A DNA stretch of 62,630 bases, filler included, from Asterionella formosa (lineage: Eukaryota), in NCBI GenBank assembly GCA_002256025.1. It is 21 parts of 21 records of this genome, joined end to end, with 100 filler letters (N's around TTAATTAATTAA, not from the genome) between each part and the next. Parts side by side here need not be neighbours in the genome. Positions count along the whole stretch, not along the records: positions 36,215 to 37,886 come from NKIB01001556.1; positions 37,987 to 39,655 come from NKIB01001557.1; positions 39,756 to 41,424 come from NKIB01001559.1; positions 41,525 to 43,192 come from NKIB01001560.1; positions 43,293 to 44,960 come from NKIB01001561.1; positions 45,061 to 46,728 come from NKIB01001562.1; positions 46,829 to 48,495 come from NKIB01001563.1; positions 48,596 to 50,262 come from NKIB01001564.1; 13 more parts are not named here. One strand, given 5' to 3'. The notes under the pieces are model-generated. The model saw only the letters and a program-made list of their open reading frames with translations, made no database searches and had not been told where the DNA came from. Positions 37,712 to 49,948 of the stretch are shown piece after piece. How positions within the stretch are numbered: the stretch's first letter is position 1; each line of letters starts with the position of its first letter. A program made the position numbers and the translations under genes.

Positions 37712-37986
37712 TTAACGTAATTCTGTAATTTCGTTCACATAATTCTAGAATAAAGTTCACTTAATATGTAACATTTGTTTACGTAATTTTCTGGAGTTCA
37801 TTCAACTAAATTTAAGAGTTTCATTAATGAAATAAAGCCTGCTCATTCGGAACGGCATGCGAATGCTCCTGCACTGAAAGGGTTTGNNNNNNNNNNNNNN
37901 NNNNNNNNNNNNNNNNNNNNNNNNNNNNNNTTAATTAATTAANNNNNNNNNNNNNNNNNNNNNNNNNNNNNNNNNNNNNNNNNNNN

Positions 37987-39172
37987 ACAATGCAAAATCT
38001 TCAGGGTTGGTGTAGCAGTGTCGGGGCTTGAAATTCTTGGAGCCATCTTGATCATTTTTTGTATGAGAAAATCGAATCCCCACAGCATCTTGACTCCAAA
38101 CCAAATGCTTGATACAGACACCATCAGTACTATCAACACGGCACATCAAATTCCAAGTTAGACATAAAAATGCACGTGCAAAAACAGCTGATGGAGAGCC
38201 ATCTTCAATCAACCATATGCTTATTTTTCGGTACAGGTCGATTGTCAATTCACGTTTTCCTTCCTCAAGGCTACCCATCCCATCTTGTTTTGCCTTACTT
38301 GCAATTCGTTTGACGCCAGCAATGAGATCTTTCAGCTCATCATCAAAGTCGTCTGTAACCTTCATCTTATACTTCTTAAACAGGTTGTAAAGTGATGTTT
38401 TCTTGTTTTTATACATCTTCTGACTAAGTAGACAGCCTGTCACTGGATTACTGAGGGTCCCAAGATACTTTGCGAAGTCTGTAGGCTTTAAGTCCTCAAA
38501 TTTAATTGGATGCAATCCTGTACAGACTTCCCTTTCAAGAAAACTGCGTATCACTGATCTTGTTTTCTTCATATGAATGGGAATGTTGTCAATATCATCA
38601 GTGATATATCTGATTTGCTCTAGCATATCCGGTCCTAGTAGCTGGTCCTCATGTTTATAAAGATATAACAGAAAGACTTCATGTTCAGACTGGTGCCGCC
38701 TCATTGTTGATTTTGCTCTTGTGTTCCCTCTGATATTTGCTAAATTCATGAGCTGTAAGGACTTCATTTTATTTGCTTCCTTCTTCGCTTTTCGTGTATC
38801 ACGTTCTCTAATACGAGTGCTGCCTTGTTTGTCAATCTCTGGTGGTAAAATGCTATCCAATATATTGACATGTGCAAGTACTACCATGCCCTCCTCTTGT
38901 CCTTGATTGGAATCATGTCTCCTCTCTTCATCTTGTTGGTGGAGTTGTTGCAATGCAGTTGCATCATCTGGATCCATCAGGGCGCGACCGAACTTTTCAT
39001 AGCAATGGAAGCATGTTGTTTTGAACTGAATATCTGCTTCTTCATGCAAATGGCCGCAAAGAGCATGAATGCTATACCCACATCCCGGGCAGTTATGTGC
39101 AGTTGACCTTGGAAGCTCCTTCACCATGCATCTATCTTGAGATGCACAAACTATTTCTTCATTGTCTGACAT
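37987..39172 (-). mobile_element. Crypton-type tyrosine recombinase (CryptonS/F-like, family A), N-terminal ~395 aa, open to the contig end
   Basis: EGKREL...LYRKI, FARAFLCLTWNLMCR (catalytic Arg), FSHTKNDQDG...PRHCYTNP. These motifs are typical of stramenopile/fungal Cryptons. The N-terminus has a Cys/His finger. Confidence 0.8.
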
Positions 39173-39359
39173 GATGTTTTGATGTGGCAGTGGGTCGCTT
39201 CCATAGGTATATTGTTGATTGTTGTTGTTCTCAGTTGATGTTCATAATTGACTGAGTCCTCGGAACCCCTAGTACTACCGGTACAGCTATTAGCAGTAGA
39301 TATCATGCATGTAGTGTCAATCTGAGTCCTACAATGGTACAAAATTGAACCCTGTTTCT

Positions 39360-39580
39360 ACATGTTTTTGGGGAGAAAAGTCTCCCCAAAAAGCCGCTGC
39401 TGACGGGGCCGCAGAAAGCATACGTGTTAAAAGCTAGAGGGGAATAAACGTCAGCGCAGAAAAAAGGGGAGAATTTCTCCCCAAAAATGTACAAGGATCT
39501 ACTACATTCTCCCCATTTTTCCACGCTTCTTAATCAGGGCAGAAAAATGGGGAGTTTTGTCTCCCCAAAAATTGTACTAT
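39360..39580. repeat. Cluster of GGGGAGA/TCTCCCC inverted motifs upstream of the Crypton ORF (also at 50910-51125)
   Basis: TTTTGGGGAGAAAAGTCTCCCCAAAA, GGGGAGAATTTCTCCCC and GGGGAGTTTTGTCTCCCC palindromes. Confidence 0.85.
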
Positions 39581-42012
39581 CAAGAAAAGAGGACGCTTGT
39601 ACAAACCGCATGTTTGTATAATCCTGTGAATCATTTGTCGTCTTATGCACATATGNNNNNNNNNNNNNNNNNNNNNNNNNNNNNNNNNNNNNNNNNNNNT
39701 TAATTAATTAANNNNNNNNNNNNNNNNNNNNNNNNNNNNNNNNNNNNNNNNNNNNACTATGAGAATTCCTGTAGGAAAGGATGTGTCGAGCATACACATT
39801 AGGATGATGTGGTATGTCGAGCATCAACAGGGGAGGGTGTCAGAATGTGTCTGTTAGGCTGTTGATGTCGACAGGTGTCCGACGACTAGGTAGTATGAGG
39901 AATGTCTAAACGGAAAAAAATGGTTTACAAATGAACAGTGTGTCAGAAGTTCATTTAATAGAACAAGCAACAGCAGAAAGCAACACAGACATGTGCTATT
40001 TCACTGTTTCACGGAGCAGTCAAATTGACAGCAAGACACCGGCATTAGCCAGCCACCAGGCAGCACCGCAACTCACTGATGCATTAAAAAAGATGCTCCT
40101 GTTGTGAAATGGACGGCTAAAATGTGAAATAAATGTAGAGAACAATAACAGAACCAAGTGATTTCTCGCTCGCTTTGCTGATGTGATGACAAAAACTGAG
40201 GATTAAGCTTACCTTATTAAAATCTCCAATTGCGGGTCTCCATATTGCATAATTTCACCTTCTATCACTCCTGCTTTCAAAATAACACCTATTTTCTGAA
40301 AAGGCCTGTTCAAATGTCAAATGAATGTTGAGAACAGCAGCATATCATTATGAATTATCATTCGCTTGGTGATATGATAGCAAAAATAGCAAGCAAATAA
40401 ATCTTACCTTAAACGCATCCATTGCGTACCATCTCAATGTTGCATCATTTCACCTTTTGTTTTTTGTGCAACAAACCATATGTGAGCTGATAAAAGATAT
40501 GTCTGTAGTAAGGCAGCTGAAAATCTGGAAGGGGGATGCTAGTTGTAAGGGTCGTCCCCATGTTGAAAATTAATTGTTCACAGTGGTGTTGAATGTTGGT
40601 GTTTTTATGAATTCAGATGGTCAAAAATCCTGGCGCAGCCATGACTTCCTCTTTGTACCAACAGAACCTACAATCTACACGAAAAAATCTGGCGCAGTCT
40701 TGCTAAGAACAATTTCGTCGGGTCAAATTTCTGAGGCTACAAGTCTGACTTGAACAAATATGACAAGAGGGAGAGGACACAGCCAATAGTTACTACTCCT
40801 AATTGCACATGCACTGAATGATCTACCATTAGCCTCGTCCTATTATAGTAAAAAAATACACCTTGATTTTATATTGAAAACAATCAACTGGTGAGTTAAC
40901 CAATTCACTTGCATGATGAAATTTTCATCAGTTGTGTCTTCCTCAATTCTGTGTGATTCATACATTCAGAGCATTGTAGCAACTGCGTGGCAACCCATCG
41001 GTCCCATGCTTGTTCCGCCTAAAAAGAGCTCTTGGATTCCTCAAGTGTCAGAGTGTCACTGACTCCATATGACGTTTTTGTCCTTCTCAGTTCATCTATA
41101 ATGGCTTCTGTTACTGAAATCACTCCATCTGGCCCTAGCTAATCGGTTTCCAGTCAAATACAGTTTGGTCACAGCGCACCCCCTCCTGATCCCATCAGCC
41201 ACGCCATGGCTCCTTCTTCCCGCATGTGATTCCCTACCACCAAGTAGAGCATATGCAAGGCATATCCAAACAAAGCACATGCCTATTATCTAATCCCCAT
41301 CTAAGCCGCGTATTACGTGAAGTGACCATCACGTAAATAAGCCTAGTTGATTTTGAATGGATCACATGAATTAGTTGAATACATCAAAATGCTTACTTGA
41401 ATATATCTATATATTATCTGAATANNNNNNNNNNNNNNNNNNNNNNNNNNNNNNNNNNNNNNNNNNNNTTAATTAATTAANNNNNNNNNNNNNNNNNNNN
41501 NNNNNNNNNNNNNNNNNNNNNNNNTAATGCGCCAACTGGAATAAACAAAATTTAGATTGCCCGCCCGCAGATTAGAAAAAAAACGATAGACACACTAACT
41601 AGAATATACAATACAGTTTTGATAAAATACCTGTTCGAAGTTTTGTAGACTACATATTCCTAGAGGAGCAACCAGAAACGGTGCTGGCGTGGACACAACA
41701 CTGGGGTTGGGGTTGGAACAACAAACAACAATAGGAACTGGTGCCGGAGTAGAACTAGAAACATGGCTCATCGCTGGACTTTCGTCAGGAATCGGTGGAG
41801 GGGTCGATATTCCTGACAAGCATCCATCTTTCTTCACAAACCCACATGTACCGAATTAAAACTAGGTAAAAGCAAAACGAACATTGAACTTTCATACCCT
41901 TTAATTTACATATCATACAAACAAAAAACAAAAAATGTTCCAAGTCAACATGAAGTAAATGACCACATCATTGTGATCATGAATATTGTATTGAGGGTTC
42001 CCTGACTGACTA

Positions 42013-42580
42013 TTAGTCTATTTTGGTTGCGTCCATCTCAAATTGAACTGGAGCACTTCGAGACCCACAACCACTTCCTGCTCCAGCAAAGCCCTTGTTG
42101 GGTTGAAACTTGTTGGTTGCCCCTTGCAACAGCGTGTCACACTGTTCATCTGCAGTATGTTCCGTCTCTTCTCGTGTTGGCCGGTAAATGCTGGATGACG
42201 ACACTCCTTCTCGATCAATTAAGGGCTTGGTGTATGTATTGTATTCGTCTTCAGCACCAAATCCAGAATCCATACTTGCCGATTGATTGTACAATCTCGA
42301 ATCAACTTGACCACCACCACCAGTCCTTGTTTGAACACCCAGGGCAATTTTTTCAGACTCATCTCGCTCTTGTTCCATACGAGCCTTTTTGGCTTGCATA
42401 TTATTTTCGAGCCTCACTTCCTTGACACGCTCCTTCTTACTTTCCAACCGTAAGCGTTCCCGTTGCTTGGCTGCAACTTGCTCGTCGTTCTCGTTCTCGT
42501 TCTCGTCATTACTTGTATCATTGTCGGATTCATCTGATGGAATGGGCGGAATGGATGATGTTGCTTGTTCCTTAATTTTT
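42013..42580 (-). pseudogene. SNW1: C-terminal fragment of SNW1/SKIP (Prp45) splicing factor
   Basis: ERDESEKIALG...VDSRLYNQS..MDSGFGAEDEYNTYTKPL...IYRP...FQPNKGFAG...APVQFE is the SNW1 C-terminus. There is an in-frame stop at ~42582, and no SNW/SKIP domain was seen upstream in the contig. Confidence 0.75.
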
Positions 42581-42944
42581 GATCACAATTGAATTATTTT
42601 CTGTGCCCACGGGCTGGTAGAATACCAGTAATAATAGATTTCTTTATTTTTTTGTACTTTGATTGATTAAGCTATACGCCGGTATTGGTGGTATAGGGTA
42701 CCGGTATATAAATTAGTTTGTTTTCATGTTCTGTAGCGCGCTTTGTGTAATTGAGGATTTCGTAGCAGGAAACGAAAAAGGCACCGATAGCAACATGAAG
42801 TCACATTTTTCTGGCGAGGAGGCAGGTGACAAATAGTTATCATATATATACATTAATACTCCTACACATATTAGATAAATGTGCGCGATCCTGTAGAACC
42901 GGGGTCTATTTACCGGTATATTCTTATATAAAGGAAATGTCGTT

Positions 42945-43019
42945 GCCTTAAGTAAAATCAGTCAAATTCAGTCACGGCAGTGTAAATTGAGGGGTGCCAG
43001 GAAAAAGATTTATACGGTA
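42945..43019 (-). mobile_element. Diverged pogo-family terminus related to 62008-62078
   Basis: Reverse complement TA|CCGTATA...TCCTGG.ACCCC...TGCCGTGACTGAATTTGACTGATTTTACTTAAGG matches the end of the pogo element in the last contig. Confidence 0.8.
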
Positions 43020-43292
43020 ACCTTCGAATGACTTCCAATTTAGTAAACCCAATTACGATTACCGGTACATAATTGTTTCGAGTTGGCCCGATAACAAGAG
43101 GACGTTTTTCCCATAGGGGAAATGCCGGAGTTACAAATGGTTCGATACCGAATTTGTAATCGGAGAGTCAATCAACATCTAAGGACCCAACANNNNNNNN
43201 NNNNNNNNNNNNNNNNNNNNNNNNNNNNNNNNNNNNTTAATTAATTAANNNNNNNNNNNNNNNNNNNNNNNNNNNNNNNNNNNNNNNNNNNN

Positions 43293-43418
43293 ATGTGAAC
43301 GATTACAAGATAGATCAAATAAGCTCACAATAAGGTGGGATTAGAACAGAAGGCTTTAATACACTGAGCTTGTCTAGAAAGAGCTAGCATTGCAGTCAGA
43401 CTGCAGAAGAATTTAACA
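43293..43418 (+). mobile_element. 3' part of an LTR
   Basis: Near-identical to 59319-59444; ends in AACA. Confidence 0.8.
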
Positions 43419-43450
43419 CGCTTGCAAGCGGATCAACTTCGTTTTGCAAC

Positions 43451-44960
43451 ATGACTGAAGACAAAGGTGAGACCATTCGCCTTGTGAAGTTTGATGGCGA
43501 GGACGCCAATTGGCATGAGTGGAGTGTGAAGACACTTGCACTAGCCAAGACAAGAGGATTCAAGAATGCCTACATGAAGGATACCAATCCATGCAGCGAT
43601 GCTGTCTACGAAACCACAGACAAAGACGATGTCAAGAAGATCTACGAGATGAACGATCGCGCACACCAGCTCCTGATTATGAGTTGCACTGGGATTGCGT
43701 TTGGTTTGGTTAACCAAGCCAAGACAAAGAATCATCAAGACGGCGATGCATTCCTTGCTTGGACCTACCTCAAGGCTCGCTATGTTCCTAATGCTACAAG
43801 CGACTTAATCCAACTGTCAGGACAGTTCAACAAGTGCATCTGTGAGGGGAAGACGCAAGACCCAGACGAGTGGTTCATCCAACTCGAGTTGTTGAGGAAT
43901 CGAATGGCAACAATTGATTCCGCTTACGAAAATAAGGATCTCGAGATGATTGCCCACATACTTGACAAACTACCTAAGGAGTACTCAGAAGTGGTAACAA
44001 TGGTTGAGGCTATGCCCTCCCTAACACTAGAAGACCTTAAGGCCAAGATACGTGCGTTCTTCAAACGCAAGTTTAAGAACGAAAAGTCGGATGGCGAACT
44101 TGCTCTTGCTGCCTTTGGAACTAAGTTCAAAGGACTCTGCCGCTCTTGCGGCAAGCAAGGACACAAGGCAGCCGATTGTCGAGTCAAGAACAAGACACAT
44201 GGCGACGGAAACAGGCCTCCTCCGAAAGGCGTCAAGTGTTTCAATTGCAACAAGCATGCCGGACATATCGCAAAAGATTGCCCTGAACCCAAACGAGAAC
44301 GTACTACAACGAAAGAGACCGGCATGTTTGTTGGCATATGTACAATTGACCACGAAGACATCGAAGCAAACGAAAAGAAACAAGATATGAATGACAAGTA
44401 CAACGAGAACGACGATAAAGAGTGGACTTTTGTCGGTATTTGCGAGGAAATTATTGATGATTGTGATGTAAAATTTAATAATAAAGAGTTTTGTGCCTCT
44501 GTTGTTGCTCCTCGCTCTATTGCCCTACAGGAGAATTGGCTCGCTGATACTGGAGCTACCACCCATATCACAATGAGTGACGTCGGTATGACAAATGTAC
44601 GCCCAGTCAGTGTAACAGTTGTCGTCGGCGATGGCTCGGAAGAAAAATGCACAAAACACGGTGACATCAAGCTCACCAATGGAGAGAAGACTATGACATT
44701 GAAGGATGTCCTGTACACGCCTAAGTTTCACAAGAACATCGTCAGTTTGGGCGTCCTAATCCGTGACGGTTATGACCTTTCAGTCACAGGGTCTACAATG
44801 ACAGTTAAGAAAGGTCGTGGAGGACATATTTCGTTTAACAGAGAGACCAATGGAGTTCTCTATTATTTTAAAGGAAGTCGCGCAAGTTATGCCGATGTCG
44901 TATCCATGGTTATTGCCCCATTGTCCCAGGGGGCCGATAGTACCAAAAACTTGTCTACAA
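43451..44960 (+). mobile_element. Ty1/Copia Gag-Pol ORF, uninterrupted to the contig end (gag, two zinc knuckles, aspartic protease)
   Basis: KFDGEDANWHEW, CRSCGKQGHKAADC, CFNCNKHAGHIAKDC, WLADTGATTH, LKDVLYTPKFHKNIVSLG. Confidence 0.93.
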
Positions 44961-45334
44961 NNNNNNNNNNNNNNNNNNNNNNNNNNNNNNNNNNNNNNNN
45001 NNNNTTAATTAATTAANNNNNNNNNNNNNNNNNNNNNNNNNNNNNNNNNNNNNNNNNNNNATGGACAAATAAGATTGATTTATGATGGTGCAGTGGTTGA
45101 ATTTCCCAAGAGGTTACAACAATATACGACTAATCTGAGTTGAAAATTCAACCAAAAGAAGAGGAAAAATTCAACCGCCAATGCAACCAGGTTGAAATTC
45201 TTGGAGGTCAGTACCTAATTTTACCACGGTAAAATGTTGTCAATACTGTCAAGGTACCATCATGTCCCGAGTAGGACAATACCAGGGGTCTACAGAAAAA
45301 TACAACTTGGGTTGAATTTTACCAATAACAGTAC

Positions 45335-45654
45335 TGTATAGCTATTGTTGTTTATAGATATGATATACTGGTACTGGCATATGATGTGTCCTATATGTAG
45401 TGATTCTGCGACGATATTAATTGGGTTTCTAGTGACTACATTCAAAGTAGTCAATATGGAATCCTACGTTTAGGTAACTTTGGAAAAAAACCTAAACGTA
45501 ATGCGTTTGGGTAACTTATTGGGATATGGGCACGGAATCCCCTAAACGTAATGCGTTTGCGTTGGGTTTTTCACTCCCGTTAGCATCGTTTTTTAGGGTT
45601 ACCAAAACCAAAACACTGTTTGGTTTGCATTTTGGTCCACCGTTAGCAACGGCC
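45335..45654 (-). mobile_element. PIF/Harbinger terminus (second copy of 56285-56605)
   Basis: Reverse complement begins TAA|GGCCGTTGCTAACGGTGGACC and stays near-identical to 56285 onward for ~310 bp. Confidence 0.8.
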
Positions 45655-45900
45655 TTAGTACCTGCAAATTATACCCACCAAAAGCAAAATGTTCAAATCT
45701 CAGGACGGCGGTGACCTTCAATGAGAATATCGACACAACGACCACAAGCTGCTGGCACCTTCGGTTAACAACAAGAACTGGAAGTGTGTTTCTCCAGAAG
45801 CATTGAAAAAGTTTAGTCGAACTAGTCCAACAAATAGGAGAACTCCCTGGGTCGCAGCAGTTTTTAACTGGTACCTACCCTGGTTCCCTACCGTAGAACC

Positions 45901-46728
45901 TGGTGAAGTATCTAACTAGAAGTAGTAGTATTTGTTGAATATATGAGCTTATTTGTTAATCCTTGTGTGTAACTCGTTCTCCAAGTCGACACCAAAGTAT
46001 ACAATGAGGGTTAGTCGAGTTCTCTCATTATTGAGTTCTTATACATACATGATATAACACTAACCCTATATACATCTGTATTGATGCGCAAGATCGCTCA
46101 CTCTCCCACACCAAGGGAAAACCTTTTACCTTTGAAAAGGTTTGATGTAATGGATATTAATTCAGTCCGTAGTATGCATAGTTTGTTGAAAAGTAACTGG
46201 ACCATTGGCATATACTTGAATAAATAGAATAAGGACCTCGTCCATGGTTATCCAAGGTAGTAGGATTATCCGATAGGATTAAAACCTCATCAACAACCTT
46301 GTAATCGCAAGAACGACGACGGAAAGTATCACGACGTAGTCATTTGTCAATTATCACTTATCGACATTGATATCCCAATATCAATTACATATCTATAATC
46401 AAATCATGTTGTAAAACCCATGTTCCTGGTGAAAATACACAATGTACTATAAATAGTAGCTCGAGCTGCATATGATGCAGCAAACTGGTATCCACAATAT
46501 TCTGAACTTGAAATTCCTTGATTGGAGGATGAGCCTTTAACATGACTTGTACATAGGCTTTTAATGTGTATGAAAGGAATACCAGTAAATTGACCTCCAT
46601 TGTCATGTATACAACCTTCTGGATGGAGATATCCGTCCAACCAATCATTTTTAAATTTCATCGCAATATATTCTGATGTCTTATTATTGATATGTGAAAT
46701 TTCTGGTAAATTGGTGACTGTGTTAACT
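45901..46728 (-). mobile_element. Degenerate Gypsy 3' end: integrase C-terminus, polypurine tract and probable LTR (46100 to ~45901)
   Basis: FKNDWLDGYLHPEGCIHDNGGQFTG (rve-like) and a DYKVVDEVLIL...GPY-like tail. GGGAGAG is followed by TG at 46100. Confidence 0.72.
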
Positions 46729-47053
46729 NNNNNNNNNNNNNNNNNNNNNNNNNNNNNNNNNNNNNNNNNNNNTTAATTAATTAANNNNNNNNNNNNNNNN
46801 NNNNNNNNNNNNNNNNNNNNNNNNNNNNGACACTTACTCCATCAACACTACTTGCCGTGGGCTATAAGAATGAGCCGCCAATCCAAATATCTGCTCAATG
46901 TTTACTATGAGAAAGAGTGGGAAACTAGCTTGGACGAGCTGAGAAAAAGAATCAAAATTGAAGCGGCTCCAAGTATTGTGGAATAATTCGTATTTCAATA
47001 TTTTATTGCTTGGCACGTTTACAACACATGGTACAGACAACATACTACTGACG

Positions 47054-48495
47054 TTACGCATAAATGCTTTCAATCACATTCGCGTATTTATCCGCCACTA
47101 CCGAACGCTTCAACTTCAACGTAGGCGTAAGCTCCCCTCCCGGAATGGTAAAATCGGAAGGTAACAAGGCCCACTTGGACACAGTCTGGGCACGGGATGT
47201 GGCCTGTTTATTGGCTTTGCCCATGCCATCATCAAAATATGCTTTCCAATTCTCACATGTAGCCACCTCTTCCGTCGTTGTGGCAACCGATCCAATTTTT
47301 TTCGACGTTTCGAGAGCAACGCCACTCAACGTATTCAACGAATTACCCTCCTCGTCCACATCAGTGTGAAGGCACAGAAGAATACTCAAAAACTTGCGCT
47401 TATCGCCCACCGCCATGCAATTAGAAAGGCATGGCATGACAAGTTTGAATTGATCTTCAATTAGCACTGGCGGAACATTCTCTCCGCCAGCAGTGATAAT
47501 CAACTCCTTAATACGACCAGTAATTGAAAGAAAACCAGACGGCTTCGCTAGGGTTTCATCGTTATCGTCATCAATGTTCACAATATCTCCGCTGTGCAAC
47601 CACCCATCCTCGTCGATTGTTGCGGCTGTCATTTCTGGCATCTTCATATAACCAGCGAAAATGTGCCGACCGCGGTCTGAATTATTCAAGAACGAAACAG
47701 GGAAAGGTAAGAATAATCAATAAAATCAAAACATGCAAAAAACCAAGGTCAAGCAAAACACCATCAAGTAAGTGAGATTCACAAGATTCAACGTACAGCA
47801 CAGTTCTCCAGTCTTCTCATCCACTTTCGTCTCTGTTCCAGGCAACGGACGACCTACTGTTCCAATCTTAAAGGCTATCAACTTGTTGACTGCGTGTGGC
47901 CCACTGCATTCTGATTGTCCAAACAGTTCCATAATTGGCAAATCCAAGGACGCAAAGTACTTGAGAATCTTGACTTCAATGGGAGCTGCCGACACGTAAA
48001 GTGCTTCTGCGCGGTCAAACCCAAGAGCCACATGTGCCTTTTTCAGAATAGCCTTGGCCAGAAAATACATAGTTGGACTACGGATTTTGGAACCATATTC
48101 CATGGATTCCCAATGCTGCATTGCATTCTTCTTGGCGAAAGTGGATAACATTTTCTTCAATCCAGTAGATGACTTGGCAACTTCTTGGAGTTTGTCGTAA
48201 ATTTTTTCCCAAACGCGTGGGACACCAAAGAATACGGTTGGTCGAACCTCCTTCAATGTTGCACCAAGGGATCCCTTCAATGCATCGGGTTCAGCAAAGT
48301 ATGTTTGCTGTCCAGTCACAAGAGGCACGTGCATATCCAACATTTGGGCAGCAATATGCGACAGTGGTAAGTAGGAAATCATGACATCACTTTCATCAAG
48401 CTTTCCCCGTGGAGTGACCGACAACATGGATCTGACGGTCCAATTGATGTTATCATGAGTAATCATGACGGCCTTTGGAGGACCGGTGGTTCCAG
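47054..48495 (-). CDS. Long-chain fatty acyl-CoA synthetase (bubblegum/ACSBG-like), 5'-partial; exons 48495-47797 and 47676-47054
   Basis: GTTGPPKAVMITHDN (AMP-binding), YLPLSHIAAQ, GVPRVWEK, FGQSEC. A 120-nt GT-AG intron joins ELC|YRGRHIFAGY, followed by GWLHSGD, ITGRIKELIITAGGEN and ELTPTLKLKR. Confidence 0.93.
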
Positions 48496-49841
48496 NNNNN
48501 NNNNNNNNNNNNNNNNNNNNNNNNNNNNNNNNNNNNNNNTTAATTAATTAANNNNNNNNNNNNNNNNNNNNNNNNNNNNNNNNNNNNNNNNNNNNACCCG
48601 TACCAAGTAGCTGTGGACTGTGTTTACAATGTATTTGTACCGGCTATTTATACTGGCATAGACCGCCCAGACTGCGCTGTACCTGAACGTACCAGGTTCG
48701 GGGGTAAAGTAGTAGAAACAACTGTATTCCTAGACTACTATCAAGAATGAAAACAACACAGATGCATGCATGCATGATAGTGGGTTGATCGTGAGACAGA
48801 AACATGGTACCAGGTACCAGGTACCGACCGGTAAGCAAGGTTACTTTCTCACTTTCCACTCTTTTGTATCAACATTTTGTCGGTACGAGTGGAAAGGGAA
48901 AAATTCTCAATCCATTTCCGGAATTTTGCTTAGCAGAATACCGGGTAAGCTAAAATGACCCTCGGGGTCATTAATCTACCGGTATGTTAAATACTAATTT
49001 ATGTACCTGTTGTACTGATACCAGTGTACCAGTAAAAGTGTTTCATTTTTTAATAGCTCATAATTTCTCAAAATGTCCTCATCAGTCATGGAACGTTTTC
49101 ATACAAGAAGATCCATTATGTATTCTATATAAGTTTATATGAAGATATGCAATATTGATAAATATCGGTAGATGATATGTGTGACTGTTTTCTATCATTT
49201 ACACAAAAGCCCTTTCAACACCATATTTTATTGCTCACATATTGCACATATCACGAAGGGCATATGTATGTACAAACAAATTATGAGGGACAAAAGTTCC
49301 GGCATCATGGTGATGAGTGAAAATGAAAAGAAATTTAGAGTTTTCATGTAGAACTCAAGGACATCAGTTCGTAAAGAAATTATTTCGGGTACTGTGATGG
49401 ACAGGAGTCAAGAATTACAAACACGAACGACATTATTCGACACACATGCAAATGAATGTTATTATTACATATGCTTACAGGTACATATAAGCCCTTCTAT
49501 CATTCCCCGTAATTCAATCGCATACATATGGGTAGTCCAATCGTATACATTACCATCATCATCATGCATCATATGTAGCTATATGTGCTATATATTGGTA
49601 CCAGGTACCTGGTACCAATGAGGATCGACAAAATTCTCGGCATTTTCCATCTATCATGCAGGAGCAATAATGAGTTGCATCGTAGAATTCTACGACAAGT
49701 CATAGAGAAACTATTTTAGCAGAATTCAATCACGACAACGACAACGACGACGAGACACGAACAAGAACCAAACAAAGAAGTCGCACGAATAAACCGAATA
49801 AACCAAAGACAACTCTCATTACATTCAAGACGACATTGACA

Positions 49842-49948
49842 ATGCTAAAAGCTTTTCGTCGAAAGAAGGAAGAAACAGAATTGGAAAAATATGTCAAACG
49901 GTTGAAAGCGAATGATCCAAGTTTGACTTCACTTAATCTCTATAATAA
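49842..49948 (+). pseudogene. Truncated N-terminus of an RI-like/tropomodulin-like LRR protein
   Basis: MLKAF...VKRLKANDPSLTSLNLYNK is a typical LRR cap plus first repeat; the similarity then stops abruptly. Confidence 0.55.

Noticed and set aside
43924..44718. 264-aa minus-strand ORF, and similar ORFs at 60000-60581, 22285-22815 and 14903-15235
   Set aside because: Antisense shadows of real coding frames, with no independent motifs.
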